From Cyanobacteria bacterium J06626_4 (GTDB lineage: Bacteria; Cyanobacteriota; Cyanobacteriia; Phormidesmidales; Phormidesmidaceae): a DNA stretch of 42,620 nt. This document shows positions 31,606 through 41,859 of the stretch, piece after piece. The stretch covers positions 1 to 42,620 of the forward strand of contig JBCBJQ010000047.1 of assembly GCA_038523235.1 (NCBI GenBank). Reading direction: 5' to 3'. Position numbers and translations under genes: made by a program. The notes beneath the pieces are model-generated. The model was not told the DNA's origin. It saw only the letters and a list, made by a program, of their open reading frames with translations, and searched no databases. Every line of letters starts with the position of its first letter. The stretch's first letter is position 1.

Positions 31606-32587
31606 AGCCCGTCATCAACGTCACCACCCAAGCTTCTAGAAGCTCAGCATAATCTTGCGCCGGTCATAGTCACCTGTGCTCAGGGCTACCCCAAATAGCT
31701 CCTGTAGCGGGATTGAGCCGCCTCCAACCCTGATAAAGCGTTCTCACTGCAGGATGTGATTTAAGCACAGGGTCCTGGAGGTCGGTAAATGACCCTCCAT
31801 TATCGGCCTCAACGCTATTCGCTCTTTTGATTTTGGCCCTGACCACTACTCACTGGGGTACCGGTGCGTGTTCCTGATGGGCGTCACGGCGCAGCGATTA
31901 CTCAGACTCCTGAACGACCCAAGCAATCCTCGCTAGGAAGATGCGTTTCAACACAGCTTTGGTTGCCTGCAAGCCGCGCAATTTTCCTAATTATCCGGAA
32001 AGGTTGTGCTCACTCTTGAATTTAATCGAACGTTAAAACGGGTTATCCTCCACGGCCCTCAGCTTACATCCGTAAAGCCACGCCATCATACGGTGATGTT
32101 ATCTCTGCAGGTCTTGTGATCTCACAGCGGCTGCTGAAGTCAGATACGTACATCCGGTTATTTACGCAACATGCCCCTAGGGATTTCACGGTAAGTGATC
32201 TACCGCGTATTCACGCATAAATTCGTTGAGACGCTCCGGTAATACACGGATGCGCCTGTTTGAGCACATTAACGGCCCTTGAGCTGATGGCGTAGATCTC
32301 TGAAACTGCCTTGGCATAAGGCTTTTAATTTATTCTTAGACGATCATAAAAGCTGGTTTACAGCGATGACTTGTCCCAATCACGGGCGCTTTGGGGGCAA
32401 TCCATCGCAATCGAAGGACAATTTTACGTAACTCTACAGGCAGATTTTGGCAGAATTACGGTGTTTTTCTACGCAATCTCTCCGTTAGGGGGTGTGACCA
32501 CTACTGATGAGGATATTGACGTTATACCGGCCCGAAGTTGGTTAGCTTTTCCGATTAATTACGTCTTGAACTGTCTATACAATCGAG

Positions 32588-32956
32588 ATGTCAACCGCAA
32601 GGAACATCTACACAATGAACATGATTAGCAATCCATCCAATCCTTCTTCTATTAGTTCTGGTGTGGGTAGCAACCACGAGGCACTAACCTCTGTTTGTCA
32701 GAATATTCAAGCTGAAGCGCGGCTACAACAATATCGAATCGAACAGCAACAGCAAGAACTCAGAGTACTTAAAGACAAGGTGCAAGCGCTAGAACTTCAC
32801 AAGGCAACCCAGCTAGGGCAAGATAAAATCGTGGGTTTTATGGTGGGTGCGATCGTGTTATCTCTGCTTAGCTTGGCAACTTCAATCTTTTTCTCCCCGA
32901 CAGAAAGCACTCAACTCTCTCATCGATCGGAAGTTCCCATCGGCAATATGTCTTAG
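32588..32956 (+). CDS. hypothetical coiled-coil protein with a C-terminal TM helix
   Basis: Q/E/L-rich heptads (RIEQQQQELRVLKDKVQALEL) followed by IVGFMVGAIVLSLLSLATSIFF. Confidence 0.6.
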   Translation: MSTARNIYTMNMISNPSNPSSISSGVGSNHEALTSVCQNIQAEARLQQYRIEQQQQELRVLKDKVQALELHKATQLGQDKIVGFMVGAIVLSLLSLATSIFFSPTESTQLSHRSEVPIGNMS

Positions 32957-34382
32957 CAGCTAAAATTCAGCCCACATTTAACAGACACGTTAAACGTAGC
33001 AACACTGTTGAATGGAGGATTGAACCGACATATTTAGGGCCAAATTGTAGCGAGTCTACAGTATTAAGAGCAGCATTAAGAGCAGCAGTCGTCAGTTTTA
33101 GGTGATTAATTCCCATTGGGAATATTGATTATGTCCTGAGCGAAGACTATTAAAGTCAACCGACAACGTGCGTTCTGGCTGATCGACGATTTGCATTGGC
33201 TCATCAGATCTGCCGTTTTGAGACCTTCTGTCGAAACGTGTTTAAGTGTGCTGTAGAGAGCTGGTACTCTACAGAAAGGACGAATCTTAAAATCCATTAA
33301 ATCCACATTCTGTCAATCATCGTAAAAGGAAAAAATGTGAATGAAAAAATCAAAAAACACTTACCTAAATGGCCACAGATACTCACAACAGTGTAGCGGT
33401 TGAGCCCTGCCTATGACTCTTCACATCGCTGTACTTTTTTATCAATTAAACTGTCATGTAACACAAAAAAATATCACATCTCTTTTCGATATCAACAGCC
33501 GTAATAAACCCTGTAGAAATTGTCCGATCAAGGTCAATCTACAGGGTTTATTATTGGGTATTTCTCAGCCCATAATGCTAAATCTGCCGCTACTCTCTCC
33601 CGATGACCGGTGATGCGTTCGGCCCTGACAGAGCTATACCGCAAAAGTTGGCGCAGCTTAAGGCTTTTCTAAAACCGGAACCTGACGATCAAGATTCAGG
33701 GTTGAGAATCGGCTGTAGGAGTCAGTGGCCTTATAGACTGCACCGATTAAATTCCCAGTTTTGTTGGAAAAGGACACTGTTTTGCATATCAACCTCGATA
33801 CTTGCCATTGCAGCTTGCCGTTGAAATGCTGAACTAGGCTTGATCTAGCGGTTTGCCTACCCCATCCCATGCAGTCACTGCCAAGGCAGAACGATTTGAT
33901 CGGCAACCCAGATAATTAAGTAAGAACCCCTAATTATCTTTAAGTATGTCATCGCTTAGCGTGATGCACCAAAGCCAACCCTGGCGGTGCGTTGGACTGT
34001 CGCCACAACACACTCCACAGCAATGTTTATGACGGCTACCGACTTATTAAGGTAATTGCGAGGAGATCATGACAGCGCCGGGGTGACAGAGGACGCTCCA
34101 GCACGATGGCGATCGCCCATCATCTTCGCAATGATTTCGCCGATAGTTTCAATTAAGACGCTCGCTTTAACCGCCTCTCAAACTCCTGTTAGCGTTGGTG
34201 AAGCCCTGCCAAAGGCATGAGCGTGACGTACAGTCAGTCAAGATTTTCACTGTGACGAATTGCCTTAGGCATGCACTCGCAACAGGGTTTCGTGGGATTT
34301 GAGCGATCGCTAAAGCTGGAGAAGTTGAGAGCAGACAGCCGAGGACATCGGTAACGTTCAGATGGCTCTGAAAAGTCGATCA

Positions 34383-34437
34383 AGACATTCATTGCAGATA
34401 TCGCATGACAGCCATGCGATATCTGCAATGAATGTCT
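34383..34437. promoter_or_regulatory. perfect 25-bp-arm palindrome carrying two LysR/NtcB-type boxes
   Basis: AGACATTCATTGCAGATATCGCATG-ACAGC-CATGCGATATCTGCAATGAATGTCT; each arm has T-N11-A (TGCA-N5-CGCA / TGCG-N5-TGCA). Confidence 0.7.
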
Positions 34438-34444
34438 CAGTAAA

Positions 34445-34486
34445 GTTACACAAGCTACAAAAAACCTAGGTGGACTCCTTTAGGTT
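34445..34486 (+). promoter_or_regulatory. class II NtcA-activated promoter of the nirA operon
   Basis: GTT-ACACAAGC-TAC (one mismatch to GTA-N8-TAC), exactly 22 nt, then TAGGTT (TAN3T). Confidence 0.8.
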
Positions 34487-34695
34487 TGAATTCGTAAGCG
34501 TACAAATGTGTGTTTGCGCGTAAGTTCCTATTGCAAGGATTTCCCTGTCTCGCCCTGAGTATTTTCGATTGAGATCATCCATAAGCGCATCGGCATACTT
34601 TTTGATAATCTCTGTCGCCTTGTTTTGATTTCTGTTTCCCTAGTTTTCTGACTGGTTTCAGGTTGTTCGACATTTTACTAAAAGGTCAAGAAATC

Positions 34696-36285
34696 GTGGT
34701 TGATGCTGCCCCGAACACAACTAAAAAGCTCAACAAGTTTGAAAGATTCAAGGCCGATAAGGATGGTCTGGCAGTCAAGTCGGAACTCGAAAAATTTGCT
34801 GAGATGGGGTGGGAAGCGGTTGATGAAACGGATCTAACTCACCGACTGAAGTGGTTAGGGATCTTTTTTCGCCCCGTTACGCCTGGCAAGTTCATGCTGC
34901 GCATGCGGCTGCCCAACGGTATTTTGTCCAGTCAAAAAATGCGAGTATTAGCCGAGGTGGTGCAGCGCTACGGCGATGATGGCAGTGCCGACATCACAAC
35001 GCGCCAAAATCTACAGCTGCGAGGCATTCGGTTGGAGGATATTCCCGACATCTTTCAGCGATTTGAGGCCGTCGGGCTGACCTCCATTCAGTCGGGGATG
35101 GATAACGTTCGCAATATTACGGGCTCTCCGGTGGCAGGCATTGATGCCAGCGAACTGATTGACACTCGCGGCTTAGTGAAAAAGCTGCAGGACATGATCA
35201 CCAACCGCAGTGCTGGGAACCCAGAATTTACTAACCTGCCGCGCAAATTCAACATTGCGGTAGAAGGGGGGCGCGACAATGCCGTGCACGCCGAAATTAA
35301 TGACATTGCCTTTGTGCCCGCCTATCGAGACGGCCAGCTCGGATTCAACGTTCTGGTGGGGGGCTTTTTCTCGGCTCGCCGCTGCGAAGCCGCTGTGCCA
35401 TTGGGTGCTTGGGTCGAGCCGAATGATGATGTGGTGGCGCTGTCGCGAGCCATCTTAGAGGTGTATCGCGACAATGGCCTGCGGGTCAATCGGCAAAAAT
35501 CACGGCTGATGTGGCTCATTGACGAATGGGGCATGGAGCAATTTCGGGCTGAAGTCGAAAAGGCTTATGGCAAGCCTTTTCTCAGTGCGGCCCCGAAGGA
35601 TGAAATTGACTGGAATAAGCGCGATCACGTCGGCATTTACCCCCAACAGCAGCCGGGTTTGAACTATGCCGGGCTGCATGTGCCGGTGGGTCGATTAAGT
35701 GCCTGTGACATGTTTGATGTGGCGCGCATTGCCGACGTGTATGGCGACGGCGAGATTCGCCTCACCGTCGAGCAAAGCATCATCATTCCTTACATTCCCG
35801 ATTCGCGACTGGAATTGTTGCAGCAGGAAGATTTGCTGGAGCGCTTTTCGCTCGAGCCGAGTCCGCTGGTGCGATCGCTGGTTTCTTGCACGGGCGCTCA
35901 GTTTTGCAACTTTGCCCTGGTAGAGACGAAGCAACGAGCTTTGGCGATCGCCCGGCAGCTAGATGCCACTTTGTCAGTCCCCCAGCCCGTGCGCATTCAT
36001 TGGACGGGCTGCCCCAACTCCTGCGGTCAGCCGCAGGTGGCTGACATTGGTCTGATGGGCACCAAGGTGCGCAAAGATGGCAAGCCCGCCGAAGGGGTTG
36101 ACATCTATATGGGCGGCAAGGTGGGCAAAGATGCGCAGCTTGGCACCTGTGTGCAAAAAGGCGTGCCCTGTGATGATCTGCCAGAGGTTTTAGCGGGGCT
36201 ATTAACGGAGCGCTTTGCAGCGCAGCCCCGCACCAATTTTTCGACACCTAGCAATGGCCATGTGCAAATTGCGGTAGACGAATAA
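34696..36285 (+). CDS. nirA: ferredoxin-nitrite reductase
   Basis: KLNKFERFK, DITTRQNLQLRG, SGMDNVRN, LPRKFNIA, CTGAQFC and GCPNSCG siroheme/4Fe-4S ligands; start (GTG 34696 or TTG 34663) uncertain. Confidence 0.97.
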   Translation: MVDAAPNTTKKLNKFERFKADKDGLAVKSELEKFAEMGWEAVDETDLTHRLKWLGIFFRPVTPGKFMLRMRLPNGILSSQKMRVLAEVVQRYGDDGSADITTRQNLQLRGIRLEDIPDIFQRFEAVGLTSIQSGMDNVRNITGSPVAGIDASELIDTRGLVKKLQDMITNRSAGNPEFTNLPRKFNIAVEGGRDNAVHAEINDIAFVPAYRDGQLGFNVLVGGFFSARRCEAAVPLGAWVEPNDDVVALSRAILEVYRDNGLRVNRQKSRLMWLIDEWGMEQFRAEVEKAYGKPFLSAAPKDEIDWNKRDHVGIYPQQQPGLNYAGLHVPVGRLSACDMFDVARIADVYGDGEIRLTVEQSIIIPYIPDSRLELLQQEDLLERFSLEPSPLVRSLVSCTGAQFCNFALVETKQRALAIARQLDATLSVPQPVRIHWTGCPNSCGQPQVADIGLMGTKVRKDGKPAEGVDIYMGGKVGKDAQLGTCVQKGVPCDDLPEVLAGLLTERFAAQPRTNFSTPSNGHVQIAVDE

Positions 36286-36433
36286 GGCTTTGGGCAGGGC
36301 TAACTTTTCGATACCCTGACCCATCGAAGACTCCCATATCACGTGGGGGAGTGTTGTCAACAGAAAAAAACCTTGCGAGCTAGCACTCACAAAGGTTTGA
36401 GTCGTTTCTTGGTTCATTAGGAGATTAGCACAG

Positions 36434-38059
36434 ATGCTTGTTGAGTTGTTTACTAGAGCAACTCAGGGTAGGTACAAAGTATTACACCTGACCTGGTTTG
36501 CCTTCTTTCTAACGTTTGTTGTTTGGTTCAACTTTGCGCCGTTTGCCACCACGATTGCGCAAGACTTTGGCCTAGAGCCCGCCCAGGTGGGGACGATTGG
36601 CCTTTGTAACTTGGCTCTGACGGTACCAGCCCGAGTCATCATTGGCATGATTTTGGACAAGTATGGGCCGCGTCTGACCTACTCTTGCCTATTGATTTAT
36701 GCCGCCATTCCCTGTCTTATCTTTGCAACCGCTCAGAGCTTCAATCAGCTCGTGCTGGGTCGCTTGCTGATGGGCATTGTGGGTGCGGGCTTTGTGATTG
36801 GTATTCGCATGACGGCTGAGTGGTTCCCACCCAAGGAAGTCGGCACTGCAGAAGGCATCTACGGCGGCTGGGGGAACTTTGGTTCGGCCTTCTCCGCCTT
36901 CACCATGGTCATTTTTGCGCTGGCCTTGACGGCCCTACCGGGTGCTTTCCAATTCGAAGCGGCAGAGCAGTTTCGCGTCCTCGCATTTCCGCCCTTTCAG
37001 ACCGATATTTTGAACTGGCGCGCCGCGATCGCGGGCAGCGGTATTCTCGCCGCTTGTTACGGTGTGTTCTACTACTTCAACGTCACCGATACGCCCCCTG
37101 GCAAAGTCTATCAGCGCCCCGAGAGCGCTCGCGGCATGGAAGTCACTTCCGTACGCGACTTCTGGTTCCTCATGGCGATGAATTTGCCCCTCACCCTGAT
37201 TTTGATGGTGTTGGCTTGGCGTTTGCAAAAAGTCAACTTCCTCACGTCGGGCGGCATGTATCTCGCTTGTGTGTTGCTGCTAGGGCTCTATGCTTTCCAA
37301 GCCTACAACTGCTGGAGTGTGAATAAAGAGCTACTCGCTGGAACCAAGACTTATTCGCCCGCAGAGCGCTATCGCTTTAAGCAAGTGGCGATGCTAGAGC
37401 TGACCTACATTGTCAACTTTGGTTCGGAGATTGCCGTTGTCACGATGCTGCCCGCCTTTTTTGAAGGCACCTTTGGCCTCGACAAAGCGACTGCGGGTTT
37501 GGTGGCGGCGAGCTATGCGTTTATGAACTTGGCTTCGCGTCCCGGTGGCGGTCTCATTTCCGACAAAATGGGCAGCCGCAAGTGGACGATGGTCGTTCTG
37601 ACGGCTGGTATGGGTATCGGCTACATGATGATGGGCACGGTCAACAGTGCTTGGCCCCTACCGCTGGCCGTGTTGCTGACGATGGCCTGCTCCTTCTTTG
37701 TGCAGTCTTCTGAGGGCGCGACCTTTGCCATGGTGCCATTGGTGAAGCGTCGCATCACCGGACAAATTGCGGGCAATGTGGGCGCTTACGGTAACGTGGG
37801 TGCAGTCGCCTATCTCAGTATTCGTCTGTTATTCGTTGATGGTTCTGCAGCGGCGAACGCGGGTACGCCGGTAATGGCTGCGGTGAACTCTCAATTCTTT
37901 CAAGTGTTGGGCATTGCGGGGTTGATCGTCGCTTTCCTCTGTGTCTTCTTCTTGGATGAGCCGCAGGGCTCCTTCGCTGACTTCCATGAGGGCGAAGAGC
38001 CTGACTTGGTCACCCATCCAACAGCACTGCCCAATGAGCAGTCGGCTCGTTTGCTATAA
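36434..38059 (+). CDS. nrtP: MFS nitrate/nitrite transporter (NarK/NasA family)
   Basis: LHLTWFAFFLTFVVWFNFAP, AEGIYGGWGNFG nitrate signature, NFGSE, RPGGGLISD; lies between nirA and narB. Confidence 0.94.
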   Translation: MLVELFTRATQGRYKVLHLTWFAFFLTFVVWFNFAPFATTIAQDFGLEPAQVGTIGLCNLALTVPARVIIGMILDKYGPRLTYSCLLIYAAIPCLIFATAQSFNQLVLGRLLMGIVGAGFVIGIRMTAEWFPPKEVGTAEGIYGGWGNFGSAFSAFTMVIFALALTALPGAFQFEAAEQFRVLAFPPFQTDILNWRAAIAGSGILAACYGVFYYFNVTDTPPGKVYQRPESARGMEVTSVRDFWFLMAMNLPLTLILMVLAWRLQKVNFLTSGGMYLACVLLLGLYAFQAYNCWSVNKELLAGTKTYSPAERYRFKQVAMLELTYIVNFGSEIAVVTMLPAFFEGTFGLDKATAGLVAASYAFMNLASRPGGGLISDKMGSRKWTMVVLTAGMGIGYMMMGTVNSAWPLPLAVLLTMACSFFVQSSEGATFAMVPLVKRRITGQIAGNVGAYGNVGAVAYLSIRLLFVDGSAAANAGTPVMAAVNSQFFQVLGIAGLIVAFLCVFFLDEPQGSFADFHEGEEPDLVTHPTALPNEQSARLL

Positions 38060-38346
38060 CGAACCGTTCGATTCGGGGGGAAGCTTTTCTCGAGTTTCCC
38101 TTCAACCATCAGACAGTAGTCGGGGGATACATTCCATTGATCTGGAGGTGTCTCCCGACTTTTCTCCAATCAAGACGATCAATTCAATCCTGCTCACCGG
38201 ATTCAGGTCCTGGAAACTCATGCAACGTCAGTCTGATCTGGACTGGCCATCACACCGAATTTCTCATTTGGATCATCATCCAGATAGCGTTCTTACACCG
38301 TCGAAACTCGTCTGATCTTGTCGAGATCGCCCAAAGGTAAGCCATC

Positions 38347-40551
38347 ATGACATCCACCAAAACTCTGTGCCCCTATTGCGGTGTCGGTTGTGGCCTTGAG
38401 GTCTCACCCACAAAGTCAAAAAAAGCCCCTGCAGACAGTGAGTGGACGGTGCGCGGCGATCGCGCCCATCCATCAAGTCAGGGCATGGTGTGTGTCAAAG
38501 GAGCCACCATTGCCGAGGCGATCGATAAAAACCGACTGCTGTATCCGCTCATGCGGGCGTCATTAGATGAGCCCTTTCGGCGCGTCAGTTGGGATGAGGC
38601 CTTGGATGCGATCAGCGATCGCATTCGCCATGTTGTTGCAACTCAGGGCCCTGAAGCCGTCTGTATGTACGGGTCAGGTCAGCTCCAAACCGAAGACTAT
38701 TACACCGCCCAAAAGTTGTTGAAGGGGTGTTTAGGCACCAACAATTTTGATGCCAATTCACGCTTGTGCATGTCTTCCGCTGTTGCCGCCTATATTCAAA
38801 GCTTTGGCTCCGATGGGCCACCGCCTTGCTACGACGATTTAGAAAACACCGACTGCGCCTTTTTGATTGGCACCAATACCGCTGAGTGTCATCCCATCGT
38901 GTTCAATCGGCTGCGCAAGTATCACCGCAAAAAGCGCGGCAAAGTCAAGCTGATTGTGGTTGATCCGCGCCGGACGGAAACGGCCAAGGATGCGGATTTG
39001 CATTTGGCGATTCATCCCGGTACGGACATTACGTTGATGAACGGGATTGCTCATATTCTGCTGCGGCAACGGTGGATTGATGCCATGTTCATTGACGAAG
39101 CCACGAAGGATTTCCAAGCCTACGCTGAGGTGATTCGCCACTATCCGCCCGAGCGGGTGGCCGAAGTCTGCGGCATTACGGTCAAAGATTTAGAAGAGGC
39201 GGCCCGTTGGTGGGGCTTGTCGAAAAGTGTGTTGTCGCTCTGGTCGATGGGGATTAATCAATCCTCTGAAGGTACGGCCAAAGCCCGAACGCTAATCAAC
39301 CTGCACCTCATGACCGGACAAATTGGCAAACCCGGTGCTGGCCCCTTTTCGCTCACCGGCCAGCCGAATGCCATGGGAGGCCGAGAAGCGGGGGGCTTAG
39401 CCCACATTCTGCCGGGCTACCGCTTGGTCAAAAATCCCGATCACCGCCGGGCCGTGGAGCAGGTCTGGCAATTGCCCGCCGGCAGCATTTCACCCACGCC
39501 GGGCTTAGCCGCTTGGGACATGATGGTAGGCCTAGAGCAGGGAGCCGTGGGTCTATTTTGGGTGGCCGCGACCAATCCGGCTGTGAGCATGCCCGATATT
39601 AAACGCACTAAAGCCGCCCTCCGGCGATCGCCCTTTACCGTTTATCAAGATGCCTACTATCCCACTGAGACGGCAGAATATGCCCACGTCTTGCTGCCCG
39701 CTGCCCAGTGGGGCGAAAAAACTGGCATCATGACGAATTCGGAGCGCACGGTGACCCTGTGCCCGGCGTTTCAACCTCGACCTGGTGAAACTCGCGCCGA
39801 CTGGGAAATTTTTGCGGCGGTGGGCCAACGGTTGGGATTTAAGCAGCAGTTTGCCTGGCAGTCAGCGGCTGAGGTGTATGACGAGTTTGTGCAGCTAACC
39901 GCCGGTCGCGTTTGTGACATGACGGGCCTCAGCCACGATCGCCTGGCTGCTGGTTCGATTCAATGGCCTTGCCCTCAGCAGGAAACCGTACAGACGGCCT
40001 GGAACAAGTATGACAAGCGCCTCTACGCTGATCATCACTTTCCGACGCCCAATGGTCGCGCCAACTTTGCCGCCTTTCATGAAGGCGGTTTGGCCGAGCT
40101 GCCGGATACCGACTTCCCCTTTGTGCTAACCAATGGCCGGCTGTATGGCCACTGGCACACCCAAACCCGCACGGGCCGCATCGACAAAATTCGCAAGATG
40201 CACCCCGAACCGCTGCTAGAGATGAATCCCCTCGACGCGCAGCGGCTGCAGCTGCAGTCGGGTGATTGGGTCGAGGTGCGATCTCGCCGGGGCGCGGCGC
40301 GCCTCAAACTCCTCGTCACCCAGTACATTCGCAAAGGCGTGCTGTTTATCCCTATGCACTGGGGAGCATTGTGGGCCGATCAGGCGGAATGCAATGCCCT
40401 CACGCACTCTGCCGTTTGCCCCATTTCGCTGCAGCCAGAACTCAAAGCCAGTGCGGTCGCAGTCGTGCCTTTAACCGCAGAGATGAACGTGATGGCGATG
40501 TCAGGGGAGCAGCGCGATCTCGGGCTGGTGGGAGTCGCCCGCGATCGGTAA
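38347..40551 (+). CDS. narB: ferredoxin-nitrate reductase (Mo-bis-MGD)
   Basis: [11 protein letters not shown]...[44 protein letters not shown]. Confidence 0.97.
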   Translation: MTSTKTLCPYCGVGCGLEVSPTKSKKAPADSEWTVRGDRAHPSSQGMVCVKGATIAEAIDKNRLLYPLMRASLDEPFRRVSWDEALDAISDRIRHVVATQGPEAVCMYGSGQLQTEDYYTAQKLLKGCLGTNNFDANSRLCMSSAVAAYIQSFGSDGPPPCYDDLENTDCAFLIGTNTAECHPIVFNRLRKYHRKKRGKVKLIVVDPRRTETAKDADLHLAIHPGTDITLMNGIAHILLRQRWIDAMFIDEATKDFQAYAEVIRHYPPERVAEVCGITVKDLEEAARWWGLSKSVLSLWSMGINQSSEGTAKARTLINLHLMTGQIGKPGAGPFSLTGQPNAMGGREAGGLAHILPGYRLVKNPDHRRAVEQVWQLPAGSISPTPGLAAWDMMVGLEQGAVGLFWVAATNPAVSMPDIKRTKAALRRSPFTVYQDAYYPTETAEYAHVLLPAAQWGEKTGIMTNSERTVTLCPAFQPRPGETRADWEIFAAVGQRLGFKQQFAWQSAAEVYDEFVQLTAGRVCDMTGLSHDRLAAGSIQWPCPQQETVQTAWNKYDKRLYADHHFPTPNGRANFAAFHEGGLAELPDTDFPFVLTNGRLYGHWHTQTRTGRIDKIRKMHPEPLLEMNPLDAQRLQLQSGDWVEVRSRRGAARLKLLVTQYIRKGVLFIPMHWGALWADQAECNALTHSAVCPISLQPELKASAVAVVPLTAEMNVMAMSGEQRDLGLVGVARDR

Positions 40552-40554
40552 AAC

Positions 40555-40633
40555 GAGTTCAGAATTCGGAGTTCAGAATTCTGAATACCCGGCGGGAAGG
40601 GCACAGCCCTACGGAGTTTGAAATTCGGAGTTT
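40555..40633 (+). repeat. small dispersed repeat copy 3 inside a heptamer tandem array
   Basis: GAGTTCA GAATTCG GAGTTCA GAATTCT, then GAATACCCGGCGGGAAGGGCACAGCCCTACG, then GAGTTT GAAATTCG GAGTTT. Confidence 0.8.
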
Positions 40634-40761
40634 TTGCCGATTTTCTGAAATAAGACGACAAATCCTGCCCTTGGCCCCCTTGCGCCCTGGCCCCTTATTG
40701 CTCCCTCTACTCTCCACCCGCCACGCCCTCTTCCCCATCAGCCCTCTTTACCCGTATCACC

Positions 40762-41247
40762 ATGCCTACTTCTGATCTCACCTTTTTCCAGTTCGAAGCT
40801 GACTTCGTACAGTCGCTCCGGTGCATTCCGATGCAGGTGCGCTATAAGCTTGACACCTGTGGCGTCAAGCTCAAGCTCGACCACTGGCATAAATTTTCTG
40901 ACAGCGATCGCGAGCGCATCGTCACCCATCCCTGTCAAACCGCAGCAGAAATCATCGCGTATTACGACAGTTTGCAGGCGTTAGTCACTGAATATACGGG
41001 GGCTCCCGCCAAAGATTTACCGGTGGAGGCCCAGCCCCCTTGGCAGCAACTGGGTCAAATACCGGCTGAGGTGACGACACAAGCCGCACAGTTTGACACC
41101 GCAATCGCTCTCGTTCAGTGGTCTGCTTTGTCACCTTTACAGCGCTTTGCCCTGTGCAAGCTCAGCCGCCCCGGCCACGAAAACCGCAACTTTTTACCCG
41201 CGCTCTATGAATTCGGCCTGAAGTCGGCAGAAACCGCTGACGTCTAA
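40762..41247 (+). CDS. narM: nitrate reductase-associated protein
   Basis: FFQFEADFVQSLRCIPMQVRYKLDTCGVKLKL and LQRFALCKLSRPGHENRNF; follows narB. Confidence 0.92.
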   Translation: MPTSDLTFFQFEADFVQSLRCIPMQVRYKLDTCGVKLKLDHWHKFSDSDRERIVTHPCQTAAEIIAYYDSLQALVTEYTGAPAKDLPVEAQPPWQQLGQIPAEVTTQAAQFDTAIALVQWSALSPLQRFALCKLSRPGHENRNFLPALYEFGLKSAETADV

Positions 41248-41248
41248 A

Positions 41249-41752
41249 TCACGGGCAGTCCGCATCAGCCTTTTTTCTGACCATGAGCTTCTCCATCAGA
41301 TATCGCTCAAACGAAACGCCGTGACGTTCGACAACTTCTGTCGCGTAGAGGCGAAAGCCAAACTTGATAAACAATCCCACGCTAAATTTGCTGGCTTCGC
41401 AGTAAAGGCGTGGTAGGCAATCGCGCTCAGCATGATCTAAGATTTGCGCCATCAAGGCTGAACCAATGCCCTGGCCTAGATACTGGTGATGAATATAGGC
41501 GGAGGCGACATATCCGTCTGAGCTAATGCCCGCAAATCCCAGAATATTGGATTCATTGACCGCTAAATAGGTCGTGACGCTGAGGATAAATTGCTGAAAG
41601 CGAGCGCGATCGTCTGCCGCCGCCGCCCAGGCTGCCGTCTGCTGTGCGGTGTAATACTGCGAGCCGTGCTGTAATACCGTGGCTTTAAACAGCGTTGCCA
41701 ACTGCGGCACATCAGTCGGCTCAGCGATACGAATGCTGACTGGTGGAGTCAC
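41249..41752 (-). CDS. GNAT family N-acetyltransferase (YafP-like)
   Basis: YTAQQTAAWA, YIHHQYLGQGIGSALM, EASKFSVGLFIKFGF; GAGGAG RBS before GTG. Confidence 0.88.
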   Translation of the reverse strand: MTPPVSIRIAEPTDVPQLATLFKATVLQHGSQYYTAQQTAAWAAAADDRARFQQFILSVTTYLAVNESNILGFAGISSDGYVASAYIHHQYLGQGIGSALMAQILDHAERDCLPRLYCEASKFSVGLFIKFGFRLYATEVVERHGVSFERYLMEKLMVRKKADADCP

Positions 41753-41859
41753 TTGACTTTACTCCTCGATAGGTCAATGCTGCCGCCGTTCAAAGCCCTT
41801 CGTCGAATGTGTGTGGCCTCTCCTGTCAACCCTGGTGAATGAGTTCATTGCGGTATCGG

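Noticed and set aside
33063..33086. ATTAAGAGCAGC tandem duplication
   Set aside because: Two copies only; likely replication slippage with no evident function.
33910..33939. dif/Xer recombination site
   Set aside because: The AT-rich inverted repeat lacks the 11-6-11 layout and a recognisable XerD arm.
34020..34220. Response-regulator pseudogene (DGYRLIK, DLLR*LR, PIIF fragments)
   Set aside because: The fragments are short, in different frames, and compatible with chance.
38149..38340. nrtP-narB spacer as a peptidase C15-like remnant (ILLTGFRSWK)
   Set aside because: The similarity covers about ten residues and nothing downstream supports it.
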